A stretch of 64,000 nt of DNA, taken from assembly GCA_040772485.1 (NCBI GenBank), contig JAXGYC010000008.1, positions 224,001-288,000 of the forward strand, written 5' to 3'. Below, one piece after another: positions 27,803 to 38,495 of the stretch (positions are counted from its first letter, which is position 1; every line of letters starts with the position of its first letter). Under the pieces are notes generated by a model. The model was not told the DNA's origin. It made no database searches and saw nothing but the letters and a program-made list of their open reading frames with translations. Position numbers and translations under genes: made by a program. Source of the DNA: Sedimentisphaerales bacterium. Its GTDB lineage: Bacteria; Planctomycetota; Phycisphaerae; Sedimentisphaerales; Anaerobacaceae.

Positions 27803-27887
27803 CTGCATCTCTGACCTCGTGGGCTGACCCATTGCGGCCATCGCCGCGACCGGCATTCCATCGCCGCGCCGCCGGGTGGACCGCAGG

Positions 27888-28676
27888 TCACCCCTGTTCT
27901 TTCCTCGTCAGGACTTCACAGCCGCCCCTGACGATCGCAATCGTATGCTCAAAATGCGCCGAACACTTGCCGTCTTTCGTCACCACCGTCCACCCATTCG
28001 CCAACGTCCGGACGTGATAGCTGCCCGCGTTGACCATCGGCTCAACCGCCAGCACCATCCCTTCGGTCAGATAGATGTCGTCGGCGAGCAACTCCTCGCT
28101 GACGAAGTTCGGGACCTTGGGGTCCTCGTGCATCTTCGTTCCGATGCCGTGTCCCACAAAATCCCGGACCACCGAAAACCCGGCGGCCTCGACATATCGC
28201 TGCATCTTCCCGGCGACCTGGCTCCATCGGACTCCCGGCCGGGCTTCGGCAATCGCGACATCCAGCATCCCTTTCGTCGCATCCATCAGCCTTTGCCTGT
28301 CCGGCGAGATCCGGCCGATCGCCACGGTAGTGGCGGAATCCCCGCAGTAGCCGCCGAGTCGGACTCCAAAGTCCACACTCAGGATATCCCCTGCCTGGAG
28401 CACGGTCGTCTCCGAAGGGATCCCGTGGACCACCTCGTCGTTGACCGACGCACAAATCGCCCCAGGAAAGGGTTTCCGCGCCTGCGGGCTGCGCACGCCC
28501 TTGAACAGCGCGTCCGCTCCCGCCCGGGCGGTCATCTCCAGTGCCACGCGGTCCAACTGCGCCGTCGTGACACCCGGCTCTGCGATCTCCTGTAGTTTTG
28601 AAAGAACGTCGGCGACAACCGCACCCGCCCGACGCATCAACTCGATTTCTCTACGGCTCCGAAGCGTTACAGCCAT
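27888..28676 (-). CDS. map: Type I methionine aminopeptidase
   Basis: [31 protein letters not shown]. Confidence 0.97.
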   Translation of the reverse strand: MAVTLRSRREIELMRRAGAVVADVLSKLQEIAEPGVTTAQLDRVALEMTARAGADALFKGVRSPQARKPFPGAICASVNDEVVHGIPSETTVLQAGDILSVDFGVRLGGYCGDSATTVAIGRISPDRQRLMDATKGMLDVAIAEARPGVRWSQVAGKMQRYVEAAGFSVVRDFVGHGIGTKMHEDPKVPNFVSEELLADDIYLTEGMVLAVEPMVNAGSYHVRTLANGWTVVTKDGKCSAHFEHTIAIVRGGCEVLTRKEQG

Positions 28677-28734
28677 CGATCCAACTTCACTTCTCGTCTA
28701 TGGGCCAATGCCCCGGCGGGCCCAACCGACCCGC

Positions 28735-29382
28735 CTACTTCAGAGCATCCAACTCTTCAAACAACGTAGCCGCCACGGCGTCGGCTTCTCCGTCGGCCGG
28801 CACGTCGCGCACGTCTCTTCTGGCCTTGTAGTACTCCACGACCGGCTCGGTCTGCTCGTAATAGGTCGCCAGCCGATTCTTCACCACCTCAGCGGTATCG
28901 TCCGGCCGCTGAACCAGCGCCGCCCCATCGTGGTCGCAGACCCCATCGCGCTTCGGCGGCATGTTCTTGACATGGTACACCGCGCCACACCTCGGGCAGC
29001 TCCGCCGACCGGTAATCCGCTCGACCACGACGTTATCGTTGACCTGAAGGTTGATCACGACGTCGATGCCGCTGTTGCCCTTCGCCAAAGCACGATCCAG
29101 GGCTTCGGCCTGCGCGACCGTACGCGGAAAGCCATCCAGAACGTAGCCGCCGGCGCGGGCTGCCTGGATCGCCTTGCTCATCATCTCGACAATCAGATCG
29201 TCGGGAACCAGCGTCCCGGCGTCCATGTAGCTCTGTGCCTTCTTGCCCAGGGCTGTGCCTTCGGCACGCTCTCGTCGCAGGATATCCCCACTGGACAGAT
29301 GAAGCAGCCCATACCGGGCAACGATCCGCTTGCAGTGAGTTCCTTTTCCGGCGCCAGGTGCTCCCAACAGCACAACTCTCAT
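28735..29382 (-). CDS. adk: Adenylate kinase
   Basis: GAPGAGKGT, LDGFPR, QRPDD. Confidence 0.97.
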   Translation of the reverse strand: MRVVLLGAPGAGKGTHCKRIVARYGLLHLSSGDILRRERAEGTALGKKAQSYMDAGTLVPDDLIVEMMSKAIQAARAGGYVLDGFPRTVAQAEALDRALAKGNSGIDVVINLQVNDNVVVERITGRRSCPRCGAVYHVKNMPPKRDGVCDHDGAALVQRPDDTAEVVKNRLATYYEQTEPVVEYYKARRDVRDVPADGEADAVAATLFEELDALK

Positions 29383-30731
29383 GCGTAAGCTCCCTTGATC
29401 CTGCCCGAAGAACTGAATCCCTCATAACTCCGCATGAGCAGGTTGGCTTCGATCTTCTGGACCAGGTCCAGCGAGACGCTGACGACGATCAGCAGGCCCG
29501 TTCCGCCGATGAACGTCGTGATCGTCCAGTCAATTCCCAGGAAATAGGTCAGCACCGTCGGCACCACGGCAATCGCGGCCAGGAACGCGGCCCCGAAATA
29601 GGTGATTCGCGTCATGACGGTTTCGAGGTATTCCGCCGTGCGTCGTCCCGGCCGAAGCCCGGGGATGAAGCTGCCGGAATCGCGAAGGTTCTTCGCCATC
29701 TCTCTCGGCTGGAACTGCACGGTCACCCAGAAATACGCAAACAGGAAGATCAGCAGCATGTACAGGACGTTGTACGTGTACGCGCTGCCGCTCAACGCCC
29801 CGAGAACCGTTTGCAGGGCCATGGACCTCGGAAACAGGCTCGCCAGTTGCTGGACGATGATCGGCGGGAACATCATGAAGCTGGACGCGAAGATGATGGG
29901 CATCACGCCGCCGTGATTGACCCGCAACGGCAGATAATGTCGCTGGCCGCCATACATGCGCCGGCCGCGCATCTGCTTGGCCTGCTGGATTGGAATCCGC
30001 CTCTGGCCCTGCGTAATCAGGATCGCCCCGGCGACGACAAACACGAACGCCGCCAAGAGGAACAGGATCTTGCCCGGCCCGATCGATCCGGTCGGCGCCC
30101 CAACCGTGAAGTCGACCTGTTTGGCCAGCCTCAGAATAGCCCAAGGCATCTGAGCGATGATACCCGCCATGATGATCAAGCTGATCCCGTTGCCGATCCC
30201 GTACTCGTCGATCTGCTCACCCAGCCACATCAAGAACACGGTCCCCGCGGTCATCCCGACGATGCCCATGATGTAGGCCTGGACCTCCATGCCGGGATAG
30301 GTATACCCACCCAACATCTTCATGTACATCACCGCCTGGACGACGCAGATGAGCACCGTCAGATACCGCGTGTACTCCTGAATCTTCTTATAGCCGGTCT
30401 GGCCCTCCTGGCGCAGTTTCTTCAGTGCGGGAATCACTTCGCCCAACAACATCAGGATAATGGACGCCGTGATGTACGGCATGATCCCCAGCCCAAAAAG
30501 GCTGCTGCGGCTGAGCGTACCGCCGGTGAAGATCTCCAGGTACTCTGCCGCTCGACCGAGGGGGCTGTCGGTGTCCCTGCCCGCATCCAGGGCCGAGGCG
30601 ATCCGGCCCTGGTCGAAACCAGGGTTGGGGATATGGAAGCCCACGCGATAGATAATCAGCAGCGCAACCGTAAACAGGATCTTGTTCCTCAAGTCCCGTA
30701 TCCGAAAGATGTTGACAATCGTTCCGATCAC
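29379..30731 (-). CDS. secY: Preprotein translocase SecY
   Basis: LGIMPYITASII, GIGNGISL, FIPGLRPG. Confidence 0.98.
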   Translation of the reverse strand: MIGTIVNIFRIRDLRNKILFTVALLIIYRVGFHIPNPGFDQGRIASALDAGRDTDSPLGRAAEYLEIFTGGTLSRSSLFGLGIMPYITASIILMLLGEVIPALKKLRQEGQTGYKKIQEYTRYLTVLICVVQAVMYMKMLGGYTYPGMEVQAYIMGIVGMTAGTVFLMWLGEQIDEYGIGNGISLIIMAGIIAQMPWAILRLAKQVDFTVGAPTGSIGPGKILFLLAAFVFVVAGAILITQGQRRIPIQQAKQMRGRRMYGGQRHYLPLRVNHGGVMPIIFASSFMMFPPIIVQQLASLFPRSMALQTVLGALSGSAYTYNVLYMLLIFLFAYFWVTVQFQPREMAKNLRDSGSFIPGLRPGRRTAEYLETVMTRITYFGAAFLAAIAVVPTVLTYFLGIDWTITTFIGGTGLLIVVSVSLDLVQKIEANLLMRSYEGFSSSGRIKGAYA

Positions 30732-30789
30732 TTACCTGTTCTCCGCGTTCTGCTTCGGACCCCTTCGCCCGCAAGACGCCAAGCCATCC

Positions 30790-31272
30790 TTACGCCGGCT
30801 TACGTCGGGCACTCTTCGTTTCCTTGCCGCCCACTTTCGTCGCGGTGCCGCCGCACCCGACGATCTTCTGCTCGGCCGCCTTGCTGAACCCGTGTGCGGC
30901 CACCTGCAACCGTTTGGTCAGTTCGCCGTCTCCCAGGATCTTGACGCGACTCTGGAGGCCGTCGACCAGGCCCGCTCGCAGGAGCTGCTCGACCCCAATC
31001 TCGGCGCCGTCGTCAAAACCTTCCAGTTGGGAAACGTTTACGATCTCAAAGCGCCGGGCAAACTGCTTGTTGTTGAACCCGCGTTTCGGCACCCGTCGAA
31101 ACAAAGGCATCTGCCCGCCTTCGAAGAGCGACAGCATGGTCGCCCCCGCGCGGCTGTGGCTGCCTTTGTGTCCGCGTCCGGCGGTCTTGCCGACACCCGA
31201 TCCGCGGCCCCGTCCAACCCGCTTGCGTGCTTTGCGTTTGCCTACGACAGAAGTTATCTCATGACTCAACAT
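30790..31272 (-). CDS. rplO: 50S ribosomal protein L15
   Basis: RVGRGRGSG, FEGGQMPL. Confidence 0.97.
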   Translation of the reverse strand: MLSHEITSVVGKRKARKRVGRGRGSGVGKTAGRGHKGSHSRAGATMLSLFEGGQMPLFRRVPKRGFNNKQFARRFEIVNVSQLEGFDDGAEIGVEQLLRAGLVDGLQSRVKILGDGELTKRLQVAAHGFSKAAEQKIVGCGGTATKVGGKETKSARRKPA

Positions 31273-31301
31273 TTAGATCACCCAATTGGTCATCGTGGCC
31301 G

Positions 31302-31805
31302 CTACGAAATGGCGACACCCCGTAACGCTTCAATCGTTTCTTTCTTGCGCAGCCTCAGCAGCCCGTTGAGGGTGGCCTTCACCACATTCTTGGCGGCCGT
31401 GCTTCCATAAACCTTTGTCAGCACATCGGTAACGCCCGCATATTCGAGCACCGCCCGCGCGCTCGAGCCGGCGATCACGCCCGTGCCCGGACTGGCCGGA
31501 ACCAGGACGATCTTCGTCGCCCCGAACCGGCCCGTAATCTGGTGCGGGATCGTTCGACCCACCAAGGGCACGCCGTGCATCGACTTCTTCGCGTCCTTCA
31601 TGCCCTTCTCGACCGCCAGCGGCACTTCGTTGGCTTTGCCGTAGCCGATGCCGACGTTCCCCTTGCGGTCGCCGACCACCACCAAGGCCGCAAAACTGAA
31701 TCGCCGCCCGCCCTTTACCACCTTCGCACACCGGTAGATCTTGACCACCGTATCTTCCAACGGCTTCTCTTCGTGCTCGGCTTTTCTCACTGGTTCAGTT
31801 GCCAA
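31302..31805 (-). CDS. rpsE: 30S ribosomal protein S5 (probable TTG start)
   Basis: KVVKGGRRFSF, GKANEV, PASPGTGVIAG. Confidence 0.96.
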   Translation of the reverse strand: MATEPVRKAEHEEKPLEDTVVKIYRCAKVVKGGRRFSFAALVVVGDRKGNVGIGYGKANEVPLAVEKGMKDAKKSMHGVPLVGRTIPHQITGRFGATKIVLVPASPGTGVIAGSSARAVLEYAGVTDVLTKVYGSTAAKNVVKATLNGLLRLRKKETIEALRGVAIS

Positions 31806-31834
31806 TGTCGTCTCCCAGGTTCCCAGCGCCCTTG

Positions 31835-32200
31835 TCAGAAGGCCAGGCCGGCCTTTCTTGCCGCATCGGCCAAGGACTTCACGCGCCCATGATACTTGTA
31901 ACGGTTGCGATCGAAACACACGCACTTGATGCCCATGTCGAGGGCCTTCTTCGCCAGCGCTTCGCCGACGGTCTCGGCCGCTTTGCGGTTGCCTCCCACG
32001 GTCACCTGATCACGCAGGACTTTCGACTGCGTGCTCGTCGCCACCAGCGTTACGCCCGCGAGATCGTCGATGATCTGAGCGTAGATATGGCGGTTCGACC
32101 GAAACACCGACAACCGTGGCCGCTCCGGCGTTCCGTGCACCTTTTTTCTCACCAGACGCTTGCGCCGCAGCGCCGCCTTTTTGTGTTGTTCACTCTTCAT
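31835..32200 (-). CDS. rplR: 50S ribosomal protein L18
   Basis: [18 protein letters not shown]. Confidence 0.97.
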   Translation of the reverse strand: MKSEQHKKAALRRKRLVRKKVHGTPERPRLSVFRSNRHIYAQIIDDLAGVTLVATSTQSKVLRDQVTVGGNRKAAETVGEALAKKALDMGIKCVCFDRNRYKYHGRVKSLADAARKAGLAF

Positions 32201-32216
32201 AAAGCCGACTTCTCAC

Positions 32217-32798
32217 TTATGCCCCGCCTGAGGCGAACGCTTTCCCCATCTTCCGCTGGATATGCTCATCCGCGTAACGGATGCCCTTGCCCTTATAGGG
32301 TTCCGGCGGCCTGACCCGGCGGATGTTGGCCGCAAACTGACCCAGAACGCACTTGTCCATGCTGCTGAGCGAGAACTTGGCCGGAACGTCGTTGCCGCGC
32401 GTCGCCGGCACATCGATCTTCACCTTGACGCCCTTGGGGATCGGCAGTTCCACGGAATGGCAGTACCCGACCTGGAACACCAGCTTGCCCCCCTGGTCCT
32501 TGACACTGTAGCCGGTCCCGTAGATCTCCATCTTCTGCTCGAACCCCTTGCTCACGCCGGTCACCATGTTCGCCAGCAGCGCCCGCATCGTGCCATGCAA
32601 CTGCTTGCTCATACGGTCGTCCGGCTGAGGGTTCACCACTTCGATCTGGTTGCCCGAGCCGTCGACCGTCACCTTGATGCACGGATGGCAATCCATGTCC
32701 AGGCTGCCCAGCGGTCCCGAGACCTTCACCTGTTGGCCCTTCAGCTCGACCTTCACGCCCTTCGGGAGCTCAATCGGTTTTTTTCCAATCCGACTCAT
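32217..32798 (-). CDS. rplF: 50S ribosomal protein L6
   Basis: MSRIGKKPI, RPPEPYKGKGIRY. Confidence 0.97.
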   Translation of the reverse strand: MSRIGKKPIELPKGVKVELKGQQVKVSGPLGSLDMDCHPCIKVTVDGSGNQIEVVNPQPDDRMSKQLHGTMRALLANMVTGVSKGFEQKMEIYGTGYSVKDQGGKLVFQVGYCHSVELPIPKGVKVKIDVPATRGNDVPAKFSLSSMDKCVLGQFAANIRRVRPPEPYKGKGIRYADEHIQRKMGKAFASGGA

Positions 32799-32799
32799 C

Positions 32800-33198
32800 T
32801 TAGCTTACCGTACAGAGGATCTCGCCACCGACCTTGTTCTCGCGGCAGCCTCGATCGCTGATTACCCCTTTGCTTGTGGAAACGACAACAATGCCCATGC
32901 CCCCGAGGACCCTCGGCAGATCGTCGACGCCGGTGTACACGCGGCACCCCGGCTTGCTCGTCCGGGTGATCTCGGTGATCGCCGGACAGCCCTCCTGATC
33001 GTACTTCAGGGCAATCCGCAGGCTGCCCTGCTTGCCGTCGTCGATCCGATCGAAGCCCTCGATGTAGCCCTCCCGCTGGAGGACTGCCGCGATGCCTTCG
33101 CAGATCTTCGACGCCCTTACGTTCACATGCGTCCTGCGCACGCGAACCGCGTTGCGAATCCGCGTCAACATGTCAGCTATTGGGTCGCTCAAACTCAT
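32800..33198 (-). CDS. rpsH: 30S ribosomal protein S8
   Basis: DPIADMLTRIRN, SKPG.RVY. Confidence 0.97.
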   Translation of the reverse strand: MSLSDPIADMLTRIRNAVRVRRTHVNVRASKICEGIAAVLQREGYIEGFDRIDDGKQGSLRIALKYDQEGCPAITEITRTSKPGCRVYTGVDDLPRVLGGMGIVVVSTSKGVISDRGCRENKVGGEILCTVS

Positions 33199-33243
33199 AA
33201 TCCGTATCCCGCATGTTCCGGCTCGTTCGGCGCCGGCCAAACC

Positions 33244-33429
33244 CTACCAACTGGCTTTCTTGACTCCCGGTATCTTGCCTTCGTTCGCCAACCGCCGGAA
33301 ACAGATCCGGCAGATCTTGAACTTCCGGTACACCGCCTTCGACCTGCCACACAGCTCGCAGCGGGTATACTGTCTGACCCGGAACTTCTGCTTCTTCTTG
33401 ACCTTGAGTTCTAATGCTTTCGTTGACAT
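33244..33429 (-). CDS. rpsZ: 30S ribosomal protein S14, type Z (zinc-binding)
   Basis: 61 aa, [22 protein letters not shown]. Confidence 0.96.
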   Translation of the reverse strand: MSTKALELKVKKKQKFRVRQYTRCELCGRSKAVYRKFKICRICFRRLANEGKIPGVKKASW

Positions 33430-33464
33430 TCAACGCGCTCCACAGTCTTCGTTATGCGGGCCGG

Positions 33465-34028
33465 TCATTTCGCCGGCGTGGCCTCCGCCTGCCCTCGGAA
33501 CGGCATACCGAACAGAGACAGCAACCGACGCGCCTCTTCGTCCGTCTTGGCCGTCGTCACAAAGCAGACGTTCATCCCCTGCTGCGCCTCCACCTTCGCC
33601 GGATTGATCTCCGGGAATACGCTCTGTTCCCCCAAGCCCATCGAGTAGTTGCCCCGGCCGTCAAACCCGTTCGGATTCAGACCCCGAAAGTCTCGCACCC
33701 GCGGAATCGCCAGGTTGATCAGGCGATCCATGAATTCGTACATCCGGGCGCCGCGCAGCGTGACCTTCACACCGGTCTCCTGCCCCTCGCGGACCTTGAA
33801 GTTCGACACGCTCTTCTTGGCCTTGCATACCGCCGGCGTCTGTCCCGTGATCATCGCCAAGTCCTTCTTGCCCATCTCCAGGAACTTCTTGTCCTGGCAG
33901 GCCTTGCCGATGCCCATCGAGACCACCACCTTGACCACCTTCGGTACGGCCATCACGTTCGTGTAACTGAACTCTTTCGTCAGCTCCGGAACGATCTTCG
34001 CCTTGTACAAATCTCGTAAACGTGCCAT
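33465..34028 (-). CDS. rplE: 50S ribosomal protein L5
   Basis: [19 protein letters not shown]. Confidence 0.97.
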   Translation of the reverse strand: MARLRDLYKAKIVPELTKEFSYTNVMAVPKVVKVVVSMGIGKACQDKKFLEMGKKDLAMITGQTPAVCKAKKSVSNFKVREGQETGVKVTLRGARMYEFMDRLINLAIPRVRDFRGLNPNGFDGRGNYSMGLGEQSVFPEINPAKVEAQQGMNVCFVTTAKTDEEARRLLSLFGMPFRGQAEATPAK

Positions 34029-34085
34029 TCTTCTCTGCCTGTCGTCCCCGCACGCCGGCGGCGTGACCTGGGGCCACCTAAGTTC

Positions 34086-34418
34086 CTATTTCGCCTTCCT
34101 GACCGTGCCGATCTCCGTCCCATCGCTGGCCAGGCGCTTCTTGGCGCCGCCCTGGTTCTGCTGGTAGCGGACCCGGCTGCCCTTGCCCGACTTCGGGTTC
34201 ACCGGCAGGACGTTGCTGATGTGAATCGGCTGCTCGACGCTGATGCGTCCCCCCTGCGGATTCCGCCGGGACGGACGCACGTGCCGTTTCGCCACGTTCT
34301 GCCCCTGAACCACCACCACCTGCTTGTCCGGGTACACGTGCAGCACACGCCCGGTGGCGCCTTTGTGGTCCCCGGCGATGATCTGCACCGTGTCGCCTCT
34401 CTTTACATGTACGGCCAT
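34086..34418 (-). CDS. rplX: 50S ribosomal protein L24
   Basis: KRGDTVQIIAG, PIHISNV. Confidence 0.96.
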   Translation of the reverse strand: MAVHVKRGDTVQIIAGDHKGATGRVLHVYPDKQVVVVQGQNVAKRHVRPSRRNPQGGRISVEQPIHISNVLPVNPKSGKGSRVRYQQNQGGAKKRLASDGTEIGTVRKAK

Positions 34419-34468
34419 ATATCTGTTCCTGCCTCGTCTTCCGTCGCTCGGAGCGGTCCCGTAAGGAC

Positions 34469-34855
34469 TTACACCACCTCACTGGCCAGGGAGATAATCT
34501 TCATGTAATTCTTCTCGCGAAGCTCCCGCGCGACTGCCCCGAAGATTCTCGTTCCAATGGGGTTGCCGTCGTTGTCGATCATCACCGCGGCGTTGCTGTC
34601 GAACCGAACGTAACTTCCGTCCGGCCGTCTCACCGGGCTCTTCGTCCGAATGATCACGCACTTGTGAACCTTCTTGTCATCCAACTGGCACGTGGGAAGC
34701 GATTTCTTGATGGCCACGCAGACCACATCGCCGACCCGCGCCACCGGCCGCGTGTACTTGCCCTTCGCGCCCTCCTTGCCGAGCACCTTGATACACAGCG
34801 CCGTCTTCACGCCGGAGTTGTCGGCCACGTCCAACATGGTTTCTTGCTGAATCAT
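34469..34855 (-). CDS. rplN: 50S ribosomal protein L14
   Basis: [28 protein letters not shown]. Confidence 0.97.
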   Translation of the reverse strand: MIQQETMLDVADNSGVKTALCIKVLGKEGAKGKYTRPVARVGDVVCVAIKKSLPTCQLDDKKVHKCVIIRTKSPVRRPDGSYVRFDSNAAVMIDNDGNPIGTRIFGAVARELREKNYMKIISLASEVV

Positions 34856-34879
34856 CGTCTTGCCGTCTCGAATTCGGTC

Positions 34880-35143
34880 CTATACCGCGATTGCCTTCTG
34901 CACCACGCGCACCACGCGCCAGCTCTTGGTCTTGCTCAGCGGCCGGCACTCGGCGATCTCCACCAGGTCGCCCACCCCGCAAGCGTTCTGCTCGTCGTGG
35001 ACCGCCAGCTTCGTCCGCCGCCGAACGTACTTGCCATACTTCGGATGCTTGACCTTGTACTCGATCGTCACCCGAATGCTCTTGCTGCCGCTCCTGCTGC
35101 TGACCACGCCCGTTCGCGTCTTTGCTTCTTTCTGCATTTCCAT
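34880..35143 (-). CDS. rpsQ: 30S ribosomal protein S17
   Basis: [17 protein letters not shown]. Confidence 0.96.
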   Translation of the reverse strand: MEMQKEAKTRTGVVSSRSGSKSIRVTIEYKVKHPKYGKYVRRRTKLAVHDEQNACGVGDLVEIAECRPLSKTKSWRVVRVVQKAIAV

Positions 35144-35180
35144 AGAGACCATTTCCAACCCGCCCCTGCGATCGTGACCG

Positions 35181-35369
35181 TTACTTGCGGCGCTCGCGCA
35201 ACAGCGTCTTGATGCGTGCCACGTCACGGCGCGTATTGATGATTGCCTTCGAGTCTTCCAGCTTCTCCGTGACCGATTGCGATCGCAGATCGAAGAGGCG
35301 CCTCTCGAGGTCCTCCATCGTGCTCTGAAGCTCGTCCTGCGTCATCTCTCTCAACTGCTTGGCCTTCAC
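35181..35369 (-). CDS. rpmC: 50S ribosomal protein L29 (GTG start)
   Basis: [22 protein letters not shown]. Confidence 0.94.
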   Translation of the reverse strand: MKAKQLREMTQDELQSTMEDLERRLFDLRSQSVTEKLEDSKAIINTRRDVARIKTLLRERRK

Positions 35370-35382
35370 GTCGTATCCTCTC

Positions 35383-35802
35383 TCAGACCGCGTGCCTGCG
35401 GCGAATAAAGCGACAACGGATGGGCATCTTGTGAGCCACGCGGGCCAGCGCCTCTCGGGCGACCTCTTCCGTAACTCCGCCGACTTCGAAGCACACCTGG
35501 CCCGGCCGAACTCTGGCCACCCAGAACTCCGGCTCCCCTTTGCCCTTGCCCATTCGGGTTTCCAACGGCTTGGAGCTGACCGGTTTGCTCGGGAACACCC
35601 GGATATACACCTTGCCTTCACGGTGCAGAAAGTGCGTAGCCGCCACACGGCCGGCTTCGATGTTCTTGGCCGTGATCCAGCTCATCTCCAGCACCTGAAG
35701 CCCGTATTCGCCGAATGCAACGTAGTTGCTCCGCGTGGCGTTGCCCTTCATCCGCCCGCGCTGGCTCTTACGGTACTTCACTCGTTTCGGCATCATCGCC
35801 AT
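35383..35802 (-). CDS. rplP: 50S ribosomal protein L16
   Basis: [15 protein letters not shown]. Confidence 0.97.
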   Translation of the reverse strand: MAMMPKRVKYRKSQRGRMKGNATRSNYVAFGEYGLQVLEMSWITAKNIEAGRVAATHFLHREGKVYIRVFPSKPVSSKPLETRMGKGKGEPEFWVARVRPGQVCFEVGGVTEEVAREALARVAHKMPIRCRFIRRRHAV

Positions 35803-35856
35803 GTGTTACGACCTTTCCCTACTCATTCCCACCGACGCTCCAACCGGCCTCGTGGT

Positions 35857-36642
35857 CTATTCCCCTGCGACGGGCCCCGCCTCACCAGCGTTCCCGGCGT
35901 CACCGCCGTCCATCGGCTCCGGTCGCGTCCCTTCGGGTCGCCTCGAATCCCCCATCGCCCGCGGCGGCCGGCGTCGCGGCCGACGACGCACCGGCTCGGC
36001 CTGTTCGCCGAATTTGCCCTTGTAGATCCACACCTTGATGCCGATCGCACCGTACGTCGTCCGCGCCGTTCCCAGCGCGTAGTCCACGTCGGCATCCAGC
36101 GTATGCAGCGGAATGCTGCCCATCTTCTGCGTTTCCGTCCGCGCCATCTCGGAGCCCGCCAGACGTCCGGAGCACATGATCTTCACGCCCCGCGCCCCGG
36201 CGTTCATCGCGCCCTCGCAGTACTGCTTCATCGTACGCCGAAACGACGCCCGCTTGCCCAACTGCTCGGCAATCCCCTGCGCCACCAGCGTCGCGTTCAG
36301 ATCGGGGTCCTTGATCTCCACCACGTTGACCGTCACCTTGCGCTGGATCAGGCTCTCGATCTCCTCGCGGAGCTTGTCCACCTCGCCTCCGCGCGGCCCG
36401 ATCACCACGCCCGGACGCCCGCTGTGCAGGGTCACATTCACCTCATTGCGGGTCCGAACGATCTCCACCCGCGCCACCGCCCCCTTCGGCATCCGCTGAT
36501 TGAAGCGCTGGTCCACAAAATCGCGAATCTTCTGATCCTCGACGAGATAATCCCCATAATTGGCCTTCGGGGCAAACCACGTGCTCTGCCATCCGAGGGT
36601 GACTCCCGTCCTGAAACCGATTGGCGATGTCTTCTGGCCCAT
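35857..36642 (-). CDS. rpsC: 30S ribosomal protein S3
   Basis: MGQKTSPIGFR, GRLAGSEMAR, GIKVWI. Confidence 0.97.
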   Translation of the reverse strand: MGQKTSPIGFRTGVTLGWQSTWFAPKANYGDYLVEDQKIRDFVDQRFNQRMPKGAVARVEIVRTRNEVNVTLHSGRPGVVIGPRGGEVDKLREEIESLIQRKVTVNVVEIKDPDLNATLVAQGIAEQLGKRASFRRTMKQYCEGAMNAGARGVKIMCSGRLAGSEMARTETQKMGSIPLHTLDADVDYALGTARTTYGAIGIKVWIYKGKFGEQAEPVRRRPRRRPPRAMGDSRRPEGTRPEPMDGGDAGNAGEAGPVAGE

Positions 36643-36679
36643 AGTCAGCTATCTCGATACTCTTTGCACCTTGTCTTGC

Positions 36680-37228
36680 TTACGCCTGCGTCACCGTCAC
36701 GTGAATATGACAGGCCTTCTTGTGAATCGGATGCGCCCGCCCGCGATCCTTCGGGATCCACCGCTTGGTCCCGAGACGAATGCCCGCGTCGTCGACGCGC
36801 GCCTCGCTGACGTACAACTGATCCACGTCCGCTTGCTGCTCGTCCGCGTCGGCCACCGCCGCCTTCAGCACCTTGTCGACCATCGCTGCGCCACGCTTGC
36901 GCGTGAACTTCAGGATGTCCATCGCGTCCTGGACGCTGCGCCCGACGATCAACTCGGTGACCAGCCGAACCTTGCGCGCCGACATCGGGGCGTACTGATA
37001 CGACGAACGCCAGGCCGCAATATCTCCCACCTCCACGTTCAGCGCCTCGGCCAGCCGTCGGATGTCTTCCGTCTGCGGCGCCGGCTTGAACAGACCCTTC
37101 TGCCAGTTCCGCACCGCGGCCGCCGCTTTCTTGTCGTCGAACCCGCCCCGGGCAAGGCTCGCACCCAGGTCGTCGGCCGTCGCTCGCTTTCGCTGACACA
37201 CGTCTTTGAGTTTCGTTGCGCTAATCAT
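36680..37228 (-). CDS. rplV: 50S ribosomal protein L22 with N-terminal XRE-like helix-turn-helix extension
   Basis: C-terminal ~110 aa is L22 (SARKVRLV..GRSV..A..LKF; PKDRGRAHPIHKKACHIHV); position between rpsS and rpsC; an extra ~70 aa in frame from ATG 37228 with an upstream GAAGG. Confidence 0.93.
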   Translation of the reverse strand: MISATKLKDVCQRKRATADDLGASLARGGFDDKKAAAAVRNWQKGLFKPAPQTEDIRRLAEALNVEVGDIAAWRSSYQYAPMSARKVRLVTELIVGRSVQDAMDILKFTRKRGAAMVDKVLKAAVADADEQQADVDQLYVSEARVDDAGIRLGTKRWIPKDRGRAHPIHKKACHIHVTVTQA

Positions 37229-37277
37229 ACCTTCGGTCCTGTACCCGGTGGATCACCGTGCACTCCACACGCACGTC

Positions 37278-37547
37278 CTATTTGATCTTCTTGCTCGAAT
37301 GTCCCTTGAACGTCCGCGTGGGCGAAAACTCCCCGAGCTTATGCCCGACCATGTCTTCCGTCACGAACACTTTGTGAAACATCTTGCCGTTGTGAACCAT
37401 GAAGGTGAAGCCGACGAACTCCGGCACGATCGTACAACGTCGCGCCCAAGTCTTGATCGGATTGCGGCTTCCGTCACTGGTCTGCTTGCTCACCTTGGCG
37501 AGCACCTTCTCGTCGACAAACGGTCCTTTTTTGAGCGATCTACCCAT
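37278..37547 (-). CDS. rpsS: 30S ribosomal protein S19
   Basis: [21 protein letters not shown]. Confidence 0.97.
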   Translation of the reverse strand: MGRSLKKGPFVDEKVLAKVSKQTSDGSRNPIKTWARRCTIVPEFVGFTFMVHNGKMFHKVFVTEDMVGHKLGEFSPTRTFKGHSSKKIK

Positions 37548-37618
37548 CTTGGCTCTCTTCACTGTCCCGGGCACCGTCGCGGCCTACGCCGCACGACCGC
37601 CCAAGGGTCATCCCATCA

Positions 37619-38470
37619 TCACAGCACCAACTGCCCCTGACGTGCGTTCTTGCGGCGCCGAATAATCCGGTTGTTGCTGATCTTCCGCGGATTGCGCGTC
37701 TTGCCGCCCTTTGCCAGCTTGCCCGTCGGCGAGCACGGGTGTCGCCCGCCGTTGGACCGGCCTTCCCCGCCGCCCATCGGGTGCGCCACGGGGTTCATCG
37801 CCTTGCCCCTGACGTGCGGCCGGCGTCCCATATGCCGCTTGCGCCCGGCCTTGCCGATGCGAATGTTCTGCCGCTCGGGATTGCTCAGCCGACCGATCGT
37901 CGCACGGCACTCCTTGCGCACCATCCGCATTTCCCCGCTCGGCAGCACCAGTGTGACCCAATCCCCTTCCTTGGCGACGATGCGCGCCGCGTTGCCCGCG
38001 CCGCGCACCAGCTTGCCGCCCTGTCCGGCGGTCATCTCGACATTGTGGACTTCGAGGCTGGCCGGAATCGCGCCCAGGGGCATCGCGTTGCCCACCTTCG
38101 GCTCGCACGCCGGGCCGCTCTCCACCACGTCGCCCACCTTGATGCCCAGCGGGCACAGAATGTACCGCTTCTCACCGTCCTGGTATTCCACCAGCGAGAT
38201 GAAGCAGCCGCGATTCGGATCATACTCCACCGTCACGACCTTCGCCGCCATCCCGTCCTTGTTGCGCTTGAAATCAATCACGCGATAGATGCGCCGCGCC
38301 CCGCCGCCGCGGAACCGCACCGTCACGATCCCGCGATGGTTTCGGCCACCGTGCTTCTTGATCCGCTTGCACAGCGTCTTTTCCGGCCGATTCGTCGTCA
38401 GCTCCGAGTAATCGTTCACGGAGCTGTTCCGACGCCCCGCGCTGGTTGGTCTATAAGTTCGAATGCCCAT
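37619..38470 (-). CDS. rplB: 50S ribosomal protein L2
   Basis: EYDPNR, RPHVRGKAMNPVAHPMGGGEG. Confidence 0.98.
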   Translation of the reverse strand: MGIRTYRPTSAGRRNSSVNDYSELTTNRPEKTLCKRIKKHGGRNHRGIVTVRFRGGGARRIYRVIDFKRNKDGMAAKVVTVEYDPNRGCFISLVEYQDGEKRYILCPLGIKVGDVVESGPACEPKVGNAMPLGAIPASLEVHNVEMTAGQGGKLVRGAGNAARIVAKEGDWVTLVLPSGEMRMVRKECRATIGRLSNPERQNIRIGKAGRKRHMGRRPHVRGKAMNPVAHPMGGGEGRSNGGRHPCSPTGKLAKGGKTRNPRKISNNRIIRRRKNARQGQLVL

Positions 38471-38495
38471 ATCGCTATCTCTCTATCGTACCGTC

